The position numbers were made by a program, and so were the translations under genes. DNA of 63,217 nucleotides, counting the filler, from Octopus bimaculoides (taxonomy: Eukaryota): NCBI RefSeq assembly GCF_001194135.2. It is 6 parts of 6 records of this genome, joined end to end, with 100 filler letters (N's around TTAATTAATTAA, not from the genome) between each part and the next. Parts side by side here need not be neighbours in the genome. Positions count along the whole stretch, not along the records: positions 48,478 to 56,407 come from NC_068988.1; positions 56,508 to 59,119 come from NW_026428359.1; positions 59,220 to 61,930 come from NC_069001.1; positions 62,031 to 63,217 come from NC_069002.1; 2 more parts are not named here. The stretch is one strand, 5' to 3'. Shown here in pieces: positions 52,078-63,217 of the stretch (position 1 is its first letter; the number at the start of each line of letters is the position of its first letter). Under the pieces are notes generated by a model, which was not told the DNA's origin, made no database searches, and saw nothing but the letters and a program-made list of their open reading frames with translations.

Positions 52078-53539
52078 TGTATACGTTTAGTGTGCATATA
52101 GTTGTGTGTGTATATATGTATGTCTCTGTGTATGTATGTACTATCGCTGTGTACTTTCGTTTGCAAAGATAAACGTAGATATAAAATTGAACATACAAAA
52201 TATATCACTTGCAATGTTTTATGGCTGTCTATACCCTTTACTAGTGAACTTAAAATCATGAAAGAAAAACAGCTGATAAAATAACCCAATAAAACTATTA
52301 ATCAAAAAGTGGTTTGGTATTTTTATTAACATTTTCTCTTGCAACATTTTTTCTGCTGTCTGCCTCTTCCTGATGGTTTTTGTGCAAATTTTCCCAACTG
52401 GTACCAAATAAAAGTTGCTTCTTCAAGTTATTTACTTAGAATCTATTGCCATTTATGCGATAATTGACTCTCACTCTCTCTCAACTGTTTTTGAATTCAA
52501 TAACTGTACCTATTAGAATATAACTACCTGAGATAACAACACATACGCACGCACACACACACACACACACACATACACACACACAAGTGTGTCAGTGTGA
52601 GTGGATGGGGACTCAGCAAGGCATACCTGAAAACGACCATCACACTGTAGCCGCCTCCGTACATGGTAAGACCTGAAGTCTTCCAGTAGCAATCTCTACC
52701 AATGCCCGTTGTCGCAGTCGCTATCGCCACTAAACTTATGAAAGACAGTTTATCGTTGTAGGTATTGGTGACTTGCTCTGTTGAACAAACAGCACAGTGA
52801 ATACTTTTATTTTTGGAGCCAAGATTTGTGCTCTTTCGTCCGTCAAAGTAGCGTTGGTCTGGTACAAGTGCCATGGGCCCAGTAATTACGGAGATGCAGA
52901 ATTTGTCCGTAGTTACCTTCTTTTAGATCAGCAGTTAAAGAGCTGATGGACTTCATTTGCCTTAGGTCCTTTGGGTCCTATATGAGAAACCTTCTTCCAG
53001 AAGTGAATCCATGACATAAGTATCAGCTCATAGTTGAGAGCCTAGCAAGCACTACTATTCCAGGTCAATGTAGATCTGTGAAACATTATGACTCAGAGGT
53101 AATTCCACACTCACCAAAACTCGGGATCTCCTGAACGAGAGCCATACTAGCAGTTGTATTCTATGTACATACATACATACATACATACATACATACATAC
53201 TCAAACACACACGCACATATAAATGTTATATATGTTATACGTAAGTAATTTTGGGGGACTAATGGGTATGTGCAAATTATTGTGCTGTGTAAAGCAAGTT
53301 CACAGTTTGGGCAACCTGGTGGGGTATATTTCTGCTAGATCCATTACAGGGATTCTGCAGTATTAGTTGAGATAATAATAATGGATGAAGGAAACGGAAG
53401 ATATATCTGGTATTAGTCTTTATAAAGTACCACATTTATGTTTCGTATCCTTCATCAATTATTGTTAAGTATGCAACACAGATATACAATGCGTGTATGG
53501 GTAATATACATAAATATACAGGCCTCTGCATACATTCTT

Positions 53540-53728
53540 TCATTCGTTTCAGTTATTTGACCGCGGCCATGGTGGAGCACCACCTTAACGGATTTTACTC
53601 GAAAAGAATCGACACTGCAACTTATTCTTTGTGGGCCTAGTAATTATTCTATCGGTCTCTTTTGCCGAACTGCTAAGTTACAGGGACATAAACATACAAG
53701 CATCGGTTGTCAAGCGATGTCGGGGAGA

Positions 53729-53800
<72 letters not shown>

Positions 53801-53997
53801 TATATATATATATATATATATATACCACAGGCTTCTTTCAGTTTCCGTCTCAAGGATTCCTTCCACTCAAGGCTTTGGTCGGCCCGACACCAAAGACACT
53901 TTCCTACGATAGAAGACACTTTCCTAAGATGTCACGCAGTGGAACTGAACCCGGAACCATGTCGTTGGGAAGCAAACTTCTTACCACACAGCCACGA
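53540..53997 (-). mobile_element. CORE-type SINE, full length with (CA)n/(TA)n centre
   Basis: All family motifs present in reverse complement. Confidence 0.88.
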
Positions 53998-54731
53998 CTC
54001 GACTGCGCTTATTTGTATATGTAACATATATGGATAGATATCATGAGTATATATAGAATAAGTATACATACATACATGCATACATAGAAAGAGGTAGACA
54101 CATCAGATGCGAACCCACAAAGGTACGAAAATCGATTTAGGTTGTTCATAATTTTTTGAGTCTGCGGAGAAATAGGAAAAAACAATTGCCCTGTTTATAA
54201 TTATACCATATGTTACATACATACTTGCTTAGACACGTGCATACTTCCATGCAGTCATGCTTACATGTATGTTCAGGCGAGTGGTTTATTGATTAGCGTG
54301 TTGCACACACAATCGTAAGATTTTGCTTTCTGTTCATAGAACGGACGACATTGTTGTATTCTTGAGAAGAGTACTTCATTTCACATTGTTTTTATCTCGT
54401 AAACTGCCAAAAACGAGACCACCCAGGCTTCAAGGGGTATGGAATACATTGAGACAGAATCCAGGGAAACCGGCGAAAGAAGTATGTCTCGGGAAGGACC
54501 ACTTTTTGATATACATGCATGAGTTTATATATGTAACGCACACTCACATAGACAGAAACATCTGTTTATATTAGATATTAGTTGTATATATATATGCATG
54601 TATATATTTTTATATATAAATATATACATCCATCGATCCATACATACATACTTACATACACACATACACACATACATGCATGCATACATACATACATACA
54701 TACATACATATACATATATATATATCCGTAT

Positions 54732-54768
54732 TCTTTCTGTTGAAGAGCGTAGCTCGAAACGTCAAAGA
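54732..54768 (+). ncRNA. Variant minimal hammerhead-like motif
   Basis: TCTTT-CTG-TTGAAGA-G(cgtagct)C-GAAA-C-GT-C-AAAGA; palindromic stem III ACGT, GUC triplet, 5-bp TCTTT/AAAGA stem. Confidence 0.45.
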
Positions 54769-54869
54769 CTTTCCGTATTCCCGAGCGTCATACTAATATA
54801 TACTTTTGTTATTTACACCACCTGTCCTCGTCTGTTGTTATTTTTTGTATATTCTCCCANNNNNNNNNN

Positions 54870-54900
<31 letters not shown>

Positions 54901-56507
54901 GCGAGTGTGTCTGTATGTGGTGTATGTATGTATGAATGTAAGCATGTACATCCACAATTGTGTATATATATTTTGGATACGCCCTTCAAACACTTCTAAA
55001 CGTACTTCCTGCATATGCACGCATATGTAGTGTGACTTAGAAACTCTTGTAAACAAATAATAACCATGTAATTTGAGAACTTTACCAACTATGAAAACTT
55101 GACAGAATATCAGTTAAGTTGGCTATGTTTTAGGTACTCATTCTAAATTAACTATTCATCGAATTGACATGTATATGGCCGCATATACTGCAGCAACGCG
55201 TACTCTTAACTGAACTCTCAGAGAGTATTTGAGAAAAGCTATTGTAAACAATGCTAGATCTTGGAACTGAGGTACCGTTCAGCCGACTGGCTTCGACACA
55301 TTTTTGTTCGTCTAATTTCACTCATAATACTTTGTAAAGGACACTTCTTTGGGATTTTATGTAATAGGAGGGGATCCTATAATATCATTATAAAGAAACG
55401 AGCTTCTGAATTACTCGTTATACCCACACAGAATTTATAAATTTACTCGTACTCTCAGTAGGTGTACCAAATATTGAGCTATGTCTGCCTGTCTGTCTAT
55501 TTGTGCATGTGTCTCTCTTTCTCATACATGCAAATATGCGTTTACAAAGCGAGAGAGACGAAAGTGAGACAAAGAGAAAGATAGAGAATTAATAACGTAC
55601 ACGTGTTTTGGCAAATTACATTATCAACCTAATAATCTCTTCAGTGTTGCACAATAAATGCAATAATCAGTATTGAAGGCTCAGTATATATTCCCGTTAT
55701 GCAAATTGGCAACACACTCGCTCGTCGTACAATGTCACAGAAGACAACCAGCCTTAAATAATCAAGGCTACGCCACCCAACCCAAAATACGAGCGAGCAA
55801 GGAAATCATATCAGTAACAGCAATAATAATTACAATGAGAATACTGATAGCAAGGACTTGGTTACAGTTTTATGACAAAAAATAGGGCTCGATAGCCTGG
55901 GGCCTGTTGATTGTCAAGTTAAATGGCAAAGCACTGTCAGTCAGCTATGTAGCAGATAAGGAAAGTGTCGATTTAAGCACACAAACGCGCACACACGCAC
56001 ATGTAAACGAACATACTCATGTGTACATATACAGATATCACACATATACACATGTGTATACAAACACTCGCACACACCGCACAGATATGTAATCACACAT
56101 CAATACCCACAGATATACATACACAAAGACACGCACAAAAACACAGAGATATATATAAACCCATATAGACAAATATCTACACACACAAACGCTTAGTCGT
56201 AGAATGGTGGCAGCTGATGAAGGAAATATTCTCTATGTGGCCTATGTGTTTTCTGCACTCTGTTTATCATTTTGTCCACTTATCTTTGCAACGTCCTGTA
56301 CCCAGCTATGTATCTATATATACATGTAGATGTAGGTATGTACATATATGTACGTATATATGCATATACTCATATATTATTTGTATTATATATATATATA
56401 TATATATNNNNNNNNNNNNNNNNNNNNNNNNNNNNNNNNNNNNNNNNNNNNTTAATTAATTAANNNNNNNNNNNNNNNNNNNNNNNNNNNNNNNNNNNNN
56501 NNNNNNN

Positions 56508-57590
56508 CCTTGTGAATCACAAAGAAGTTCTTTACCATCCCTGCTTCGAAGTGGTGTGATCAGAGAAGTCGGTCCATAAACCTCTCGCAAGAGACCATAT
56601 AACAGCTTTGTGTTATTGGAATCCGGTGCTGCCTGTATTCATCAGCCTTCTTACTCCACCAGGTACCCCTCATTTGAGAGAGCCTCCGCCTCACACGTGA
56701 TTTCACATCTTTAAGTTCCCTATGCAATACATCTCTCTCCTGTGGCTTTGCTAACAAATAGCGTGACAAAGTACATCTTTTAACAGCCAATAAATCATCA
56801 ATATGTTCATCATTTTCTTTAAACCAATCTTGATGCTTTCTTTGTATCAATCCCAGAACTTACCTGCCTATATCATAAACTGACTTTTTGAGGGTCGACC
56901 AATCTTCCCCAAAATCTGCAACATTCATTTCCTCTCGTAGAGTTCTCTTCACGCCATTACAACTAAGACGAGCAACATTCAGTCTTTTAGGCAGGGTAAT
57001 ACCTGCAGCCCGGATTTTACGTTTTGTGATTAATTTGACTTTTGCACGTACCAGGCAGTGGTCAGTCCAACACTCAACTCCACGAAGAACACGAACACAC
57101 CACACATCGCGTCTGTCACTCATCCTAACAAGGATGTAATCCAGAATATGCCATTCTTTAGATGCAGGGTGCATCCATGTGGTCTTAAACTTATTCTTTT
57201 GCTGAAACATGGTATTGATAACACACAGACGCAGCTCCTCGCACATCTGCAGCAGAATCATACCATTACTATTACACTTTCCCACCCCATGCTTTCCAAT
57301 TACTGTCCATGTGTTAAAATCCCTACCCACTCTAGCATTAAAGTTACCCAGTACGATGACTTTGTCTGCCCTAGGGATGTTTCTTATAATAACCTTCAAA
57401 GCATGGTAGAAAGAAACTTTTTCGTCATTAGTAGAGCACATAGTTGGAGCATACACACTCACCAAGGTCACACAATTTCCTTTAACCAAAGGAATTCTCA
57501 TGGACATAAGCCGCTCATTAATCCCGACTGGGAATTCTTCCAGCATGTCCACAAGAGTAGTCTTAACAGCAAATGCCACTCCAGCCTCTC
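56508..57590 (-). mobile_element. RTE-clade LINE, apurinic endonuclease domain and downstream linker
   Basis: ERLMSMRIPL, SVYAPT, VLGNFNARVG, NSNGMILLQMC, TTWMHPASKEWHILDYILVR, CWTDHCLV; continues RKHQDWFKEN after a stop/frameshift. The 5' part is in the gap. Confidence 0.95.
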
Positions 57591-58789
57591 NNNNNNNNNN
57601 NNNNNNNNNNNNNNNNNNNNNNNNNNNNNNNNNNNNNNNNNNNNNNNNNNNNNNNNNNNNNNNNNNNNNNNNNNNNNNNNNNNNNNNNNNNNNNNNNNNN
57701 NNNNNNNNNNNNNNNNNNNNNNNNNNNNNNNNNNNNNNNNNNNNNNNNNNNNNNNNNNNNNNNNNNNNNNNNNNNNNNNNNNNNNNNNNNNNNNNNNNNN
57801 NNNNNNNNNNNNNNNNNNNNNNNNNNNNNNNNNNNNNNNNNNNNNNNNNNNNNNNNNNNNNNNNNNNNNNNNNNNNNNNNNNNNNNNNNNNNNNNNNNNN
57901 NNNNNNNNNNNNNNNNNNNNNNNNNNNNNNNNNNNNNNNNNNNNNNNNNNNNNNNNNNNNNNNNNNNNNNNNNNNNNNNNNNNNNNNNNNNNNNNNNNNN
58001 NNNNNNNNNNNNNNNNNNNNNNNNNNNNNNNNNNNNNNNNNNNNNNNNNNNNNNNNNNNNNNNNNNNNNNNNNNNNNNNNNNNNNNNNNNNNNNNNNNNN
58101 NNNNNNNNNNNNNNNNNNNNNNNNNNNNNNNNNNNNNNNNNNNNNNNNNNNNNNNNNNNNNNNNNNNNNNNNNNNNNNNNNNNNNNNNNNNNNNNNNNNN
58201 NNNNNNNNNNNNNNNNNNNNNNNNNNNNNNNNNNNNNNNNNNNNNNNNNNNNNNNNNNNNNNNNNNNNNNNNNNNNNNNNNNNNNNNNNNNNNNNNNNNN
58301 NNNNNNNNNNNNNNNNNNNNNNNNNNNNNNNNNNNNNNNNNNNNNNNNNNNNNNNNNNNNNNNNNNNNNNNNNNNNNNNNNNNNNNNNNNNNNNNNNNNN
58401 NNNNNNNNNNNNNNNNNNNNNNNNNNNNNNNNNNNNNNNNNNNNNNNNNNNNNNNNNNNNNNNNNNNNNNNNNNNNNNNNNNNNNNNNNNNNNNNNNNNN
58501 NNNNNNNNNNNNNNNNNNNNNNNNNNNNNNNNNNNNNNNNNNNNNNNNNNNNNNNNNNNNNNNNNNNNNNNNNNNNAAAAAATCTATATAATGAGCAAAC
58601 TATAAAAATTTACATAAAATATGAGCAAACTATAAAAATATACATAAAATGTTTTTTTTCTCCTTTTTTTCTTTTTTTTTTCTTTTTTTATTTATATATA
58701 TAATGAGCAAACTGTAAAAATTTACAATATCTAAAATTAGTGAGAGAAAAAAGTGGGGATATAGAGTAAGTACATAACTACACACATAT

Positions 58790-59045
58790 TGGATGGCCGT
58801 TGACTCGCAAGAATTCCACCGGCCTTTGACGGGTTTTGTTTTTCATCCTGCAGGGTGTCCAATAAAGACCCTCCTCACCAAGGAAACTTGGTGGGATTGC
58901 CGGTTTAGTCGCCGACGGCCCGACCATGCAACAGGTTGTACTGGGTTACATGTGACCATGTTTTTCCCATCAGTGATGGTGGTTGTGGTAAGGAACTGAC
59001 AAACAGCTTTTGGCAAGCTTCATTATTGGGACTAATTAAGGAACA
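58790..59045 (-). mobile_element. Probable 5' UTR of the RTE element
   Basis: GC-rich structured island on the same strand, upstream of the endonuclease across a gap of about 1 kb; the link is inferred. Confidence 0.5.
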
Positions 59046-59219
59046 GACACACATATATATACATATATATGTGTGTGTATATATATATATGTATATATAT
59101 GTGTGTATGTATATATATANNNNNNNNNNNNNNNNNNNNNNNNNNNNNNNNNNNNNNNNNNNNTTAATTAATTAANNNNNNNNNNNNNNNNNNNNNNNNN
59201 NNNNNNNNNNNNNNNNNNN

Positions 59220-60047
59220 GACGGTGGTGGTTGTGATGTGGTGGCGGTGATGGTAGTGGTGGTGGTTATGGTAGATGTGGAGGTGATGGCGGTGGTGGTG
59301 GTAATTGTAGTGGTGGTGGCTATGGTAGTGGTGTGTGTGGTAGTGGTGGTGATGGTGGTAGTCATAATGATAGCGGTGGTGCTGGTGGTAGTAGCGGCAG
59401 TGGCGCTGAGGATGGTGTTGGTGTTAGTGGTGGCGGTATTAGTCGTGACAATGTTGAGAGTGGTGGCGGTGGTTGCGATGGCAGGGTTGTGGCGATGATG
59501 GTGACGGTGGCAGTAGTATTCTCAGTGGTGAAGAAAGTAACACTAGAATGGATGCTAGCGCGGAGGCGGTGCCGTAGGTATTATTATTACTAATATTTGC
59601 AGTTATAGGCTGTGGTTGTAGTAGGAGTGGTGGTGGAGGCAGTAGTCATGGTGCTGATGGATGTAGTGGGTTGGGTGTGGTTTAAGATGATGGCGGTGGC
59701 GAGGTCGTGGTAATGGATATCTTAGAAACTTGTAGTGATGCTGATGACGGTGCCCTTGTTTCGGTTGTTATTGAAGATCGTCAGTGACAATGCAGTTGCT
59801 TTGCTGCAGCTGATGATGATGACAGTGATAATGATGATGTTGCTGCTGATGATGGTGATGATGGCGATGGGGATGACACAGGATGAGCAGCGTGTTGGCA
59901 ATCATGATGATACCGGGGATGATGATAATGATGAAGACGACGACGTTACTGCTGCGACTGCTACCGATACTGTTGCTGCTGCTGCTACTGCTTCTACTGC
60001 TGCCCCTGCTGTTGTTGGTGGTGATGATGGTGATCTTGATGATGATA

Positions 60048-60079
<32 letters not shown>

Positions 60080-60345
60080 CGTAATGTCAGCAATGGTTGT
60101 TTTGAGCATGATGTTCATGATAATGATGACGATGATGATCATGATGATGATGTTAATGAAGGCGAAGATGAAGATGATGATGATGACGACGACGACGACG
60201 ACGATGATGATGATGGTTGTGACGACGACGATGATGATGGTTGTGACGATGACGGCGATCATAATGTTGGCAACGGCTGTTTCGATGATGACGATACTGA
60301 TGATATTGCTCTATGGACGTTAGTAGGGACGGCGGTGGCTGATGG
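59220..60345. repeat. Compound (GGT)/(GAT)/(GCT) low-complexity region
   Basis: Degenerate trinucleotide runs; produces homopolymeric ORFs in several frames. Confidence 0.9.
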
Positions 60346-61224
60346 TAAGTTACGTTGATAAGTCATCGGCTGCTGAATCCGTTAAAGTTGCGAGCGGCAA
60401 CGACCATATTATCAGAGATGAATTTNNNNNNNNNNNNNNNNNNNNNNNNNNNNNNNNNNNNNNNNNNNNNNNNNNNNNNNNNNNNNNNNNNNNNNNNNNN
60501 NNNNNNNNNNNNNNNNNNNNNNNNNNNNNNNNNNNNNNNNNNNNNNNNNNNNNNNNNNNNNNNNNNNNNNNNNNNNNNNNNNNNNNNNNNNNNNNNNNNN
60601 NNNNNNNNNNNNNNNNNNNNNNNNNNNNNNNNNNNNNNNNNNNNNNNNNNNNNNNNNNNNNNNNNNNNNNNNNNNNNNNNNNNNNNNNNNNNNNNNNNNN
60701 NNNNNNNNNNNNNNNNNNNNNNNNNNNNNNNNNNNNNNNNNNNNNNNNNNNNNNNNNNNNNNNNNNNNNNNNNNNNNNNNNNNNNNNNNNNNNNNNNNNN
60801 NNNNNNNNNNNNNNNNNNNNNNNNNNNNNNNNNNNNNNNNNNNNNNNNNNNNNNNNNNNNNNNNNNNNNNNNNNNNNNNNNNNNNAAAATGCAAGAAAAT
60901 CCTTACGAAACAATTTGTTCATGATATCAGAATGTTTTATATTGTTAAATAAAATGTCACGAAATTATTTTTTCTGTCATTAATGATTTTTTTCAATCTT
61001 CATTGTTTTCTCTTGAATCATATATATTCTACACGATTTGTGGAATGATAACATTAAGGTGCATTTTGTAAGCCCACTACCGGATTGAAACATCTGTAAG
61101 TTATAATCATTGCTTTTTTTGCTAATAATAAACTCTTATTAACTTCAATATCTCTAATTTCTTATTTTCCATTTGCATGATTATAAACCATGGTTTATAA
61201 ATAACCCTATATAATATTATATAG

Positions 61225-61345
61225 GGCGCATGAGTGGTTGTGTGGCAAGTATCTTGCCCACCGACCGCATGGTTCCGAGGTCAGTCCCACTGCGTGGCAC
61301 CTTGACCAAGTGTCTTCTAATGTAGCGTCGGGCCGACTAAGGCTT
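61225..61345 (+). mobile_element. CORE-type SINE 5' fragment
   Basis: GGTTCCGAGGTCAGTCCCACTGCGTGGCACCTTGACCAAGTGTCTTCT. Confidence 0.8.
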
Positions 61346-62030
61346 GGAAGTTTACAGACACTTTTAAATAATGAAATATACCTGTAAATAAACAATTTCA
61401 GATGTATTATATCATCGTACTGTACACGAGAATTTGTTCGACTCAAGACATCCAAAGACTCGTGAAAACATTACAACAAAATCTGCTACGGATAGAATCT
61501 CGAGAAACAGGAAATCAGTCAAATCATGATTTAACCACCATGGTTGAATGATGGATGGGTTAGATTTGGTGAACAAACTATTTGAGACAGTGAACACCGA
61601 CAGCTATTTAGAGATTGAGAGATAAGGTAAGATATTTAGCCATTCATCGGAGAGCAATTACTTCATTGACAAATTCCTTCGCACGCGATCGCGCGTGCAT
61701 GTGTATACATGCATATATATTCTTATGTATGCATATATACGCGTGTGTGTGTGTGTCTGTGTGGATGCGCAATGGCCCAGTGGTTAGGGCAGCGGATTCG
61801 ATTCTTAGACCGGGCGCTGTGACTGTTTATTGAGCGGAAACACCTATAGTCCCACGAAGCTCCGACAGGTGGTGGTGGTGGTGAATGATGCATTATTCTT
61901 TCACCACAACTTTCCCTCGCTCTTTCTTCCNNNNNNNNNNNNNNNNNNNNNNNNNNNNNNNNNNNNNNNNNNNNTTAATTAATTAANNNNNNNNNNNNNN
62001 NNNNNNNNNNNNNNNNNNNNNNNNNNNNNN

Positions 62031-62896
62031 CAAAACAGTATCTCCTTTTCAGTTCATGCCATCCTAAACACGCCAAAATAAATATCCCATTCAATCTAGC
62101 AAAAAGGATCTGTACAATTGTATCTGACACAACCACTCGGGAACTTCGCCTACAAGAACTAAAATAACACTCATTGAACGTCAATACCCACCTACACTTA
62201 TAGAACATGGAATTAAACGTGCCAAGAAATTGGACACAAATACACTAAGGACAACAAAACAAAACACCACACCTCACCCTAAATCACTCCCATACATATC
62301 AACCCACAACCCCAGAAACAATGAAGCATACAACACAATTATACAAAATCTCCCTCTGCTCACTCAAGACCCGAAAAGGAACAGCATCCTAAATACACAC
62401 AAACTCCTCAAATGTAAAAGACAAGACAAATCACTCAAGATACTCCTAACAAATGCCAAACTATACTCAATACTAACGATACCAACGGTTAAAAAATGCA
62501 GCCGACCTAATCGTGGTACATGCCCACACCTAACGGAAGGCTCGGAATTCGCATTCCAGCAAGGACAAAAATTCTCAATTAAGACCAACTTCACATGTGC
62601 TTCCCAGAACCTTATCTATGTCCTAACCTTCTCAGGTTGTGGTCACAATTATGTGGGCCAAACGAGCCTCACATTGAGACGCAGAGTCACGCTACATAAA
62701 GAACAGATTCGTTGCCCTTAATACAGGCAGATAGCACTGAGCGGCCACATCGACAGATGCGCAAGCAAAAAAAACGCCGAATTTTCATATCTTCCCATTA
62801 TACCAATGCAAAGATTCAATCTCAGTACAAGAACGCCTAAACAAGGAAAACCTGTTCATACGAAAATACAGACCACACCTCAATATACAACTTTGA
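62031..62896 (+). mobile_element. Penelope-like (Neptune-type) retroelement: RT thumb, Cys-rich linker, GIY-YIG endonuclease remnant
   Basis: QYLLFSSCHPKH...NIPFNLAKRI, RQYP, KCSRPNRGTC, FTCASQNLIYVLTFSGCGHNYVGQT...LRRRVTLH, ending FIRKYRPHLNIQL*; contains frameshifts and a stop. Confidence 0.93.
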
Positions 62897-63020
62897 CCAG
62901 TTAAAAAAATTCTAAGGAGCCAGTTGTCCCCCTTGCCACCTGTTACTTCCCTTGGTTCACTCTCTAAACTCATTCTTCTTATTCTTCAAACCCCCTCTGT
63001 TACGAGAACTGATTACAATG

Positions 63021-63060
63021 TCCCCTGAAAAGCTAATTTAAATAGCGAAAGCCGGTTGGA
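63021..63060 (+). ncRNA. Degenerate minimal type-I hammerhead ribozyme motif in the PLE 3' repeat
   Basis: tccc-CTGAAAA-GCTA(atttaaa)TAGC-GAAA-GCCGG-TT-gga, 125 nt after the PLE stop; core G8 is A. Confidence 0.6.
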
Positions 63061-63168
63061 TTTCACAACATCCATATAATATGCATATATTCATAAAAAG
63101 ATATTAAACTATATGAAACGAAGGCATTTCTTTTCCACTTTTTATATTTTTTACACATATTTTCAACC

Positions 63169-63217
<49 letters not shown>

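Noticed and set aside
56212-56300. CTGATGAAGG as a hammerhead start
   Set aside because: No closing stem II or GAAA follows in the visible sequence.
58862-58912. Twister ribozyme (TAA...TCCC...GAGGAGGG resemblance)
   Set aside because: No P4 enclosing a UCCCAAGC-like loop and P2 does not pair; the resemblance is superficial.
59238-60358. Long Asp-, Met-, Val- and Ile-rich ORFs
   Set aside because: They are translations of (GAT)/(GGT) low-complexity DNA, open in several frames, with no domain or splice support.

Overview
AT-rich, microsatellite-dense eukaryotic genomic DNA with many N gaps. The SINE and repeat content is most consistent with an octopus genome (inference, not database-checked). 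The only confidently identified host gene is ORC4 on the minus strand: five coding exons between 17726 and 5276, all with GT-AG junctions and consistent phases, about 139 codons, running off the left edge. The rest is mostly transposon debris: two Penelope-like retroelements (an open N-terminal ORF at the left edge; an RT-thumb/GIY-YIG remnant at the right edge), an RTE LINE endonuclease, two inverted Merlin (IS1595-like) transposase remnants, three nested GG-terminated MITEs (one carrying telomeric TTAGGG repeats), two inverted non-autonomous Helitron copies, several Tc1/mariner relics and many tRNA-derived SINEs. The most interesting signals are the telomere-bearing nested MITEs next to Merlin remnants, several hammerhead-like motifs plus one HDV-like motif tied to retroelement ends, and long intronic inverted repeats bracketing an in-frame pair of ORC4 exons. 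Most ORFs in the supplied track are microsatellite or N-gap artefacts. Five TTAATTAATTAA islands inside N runs are artificial scaffold linkers.
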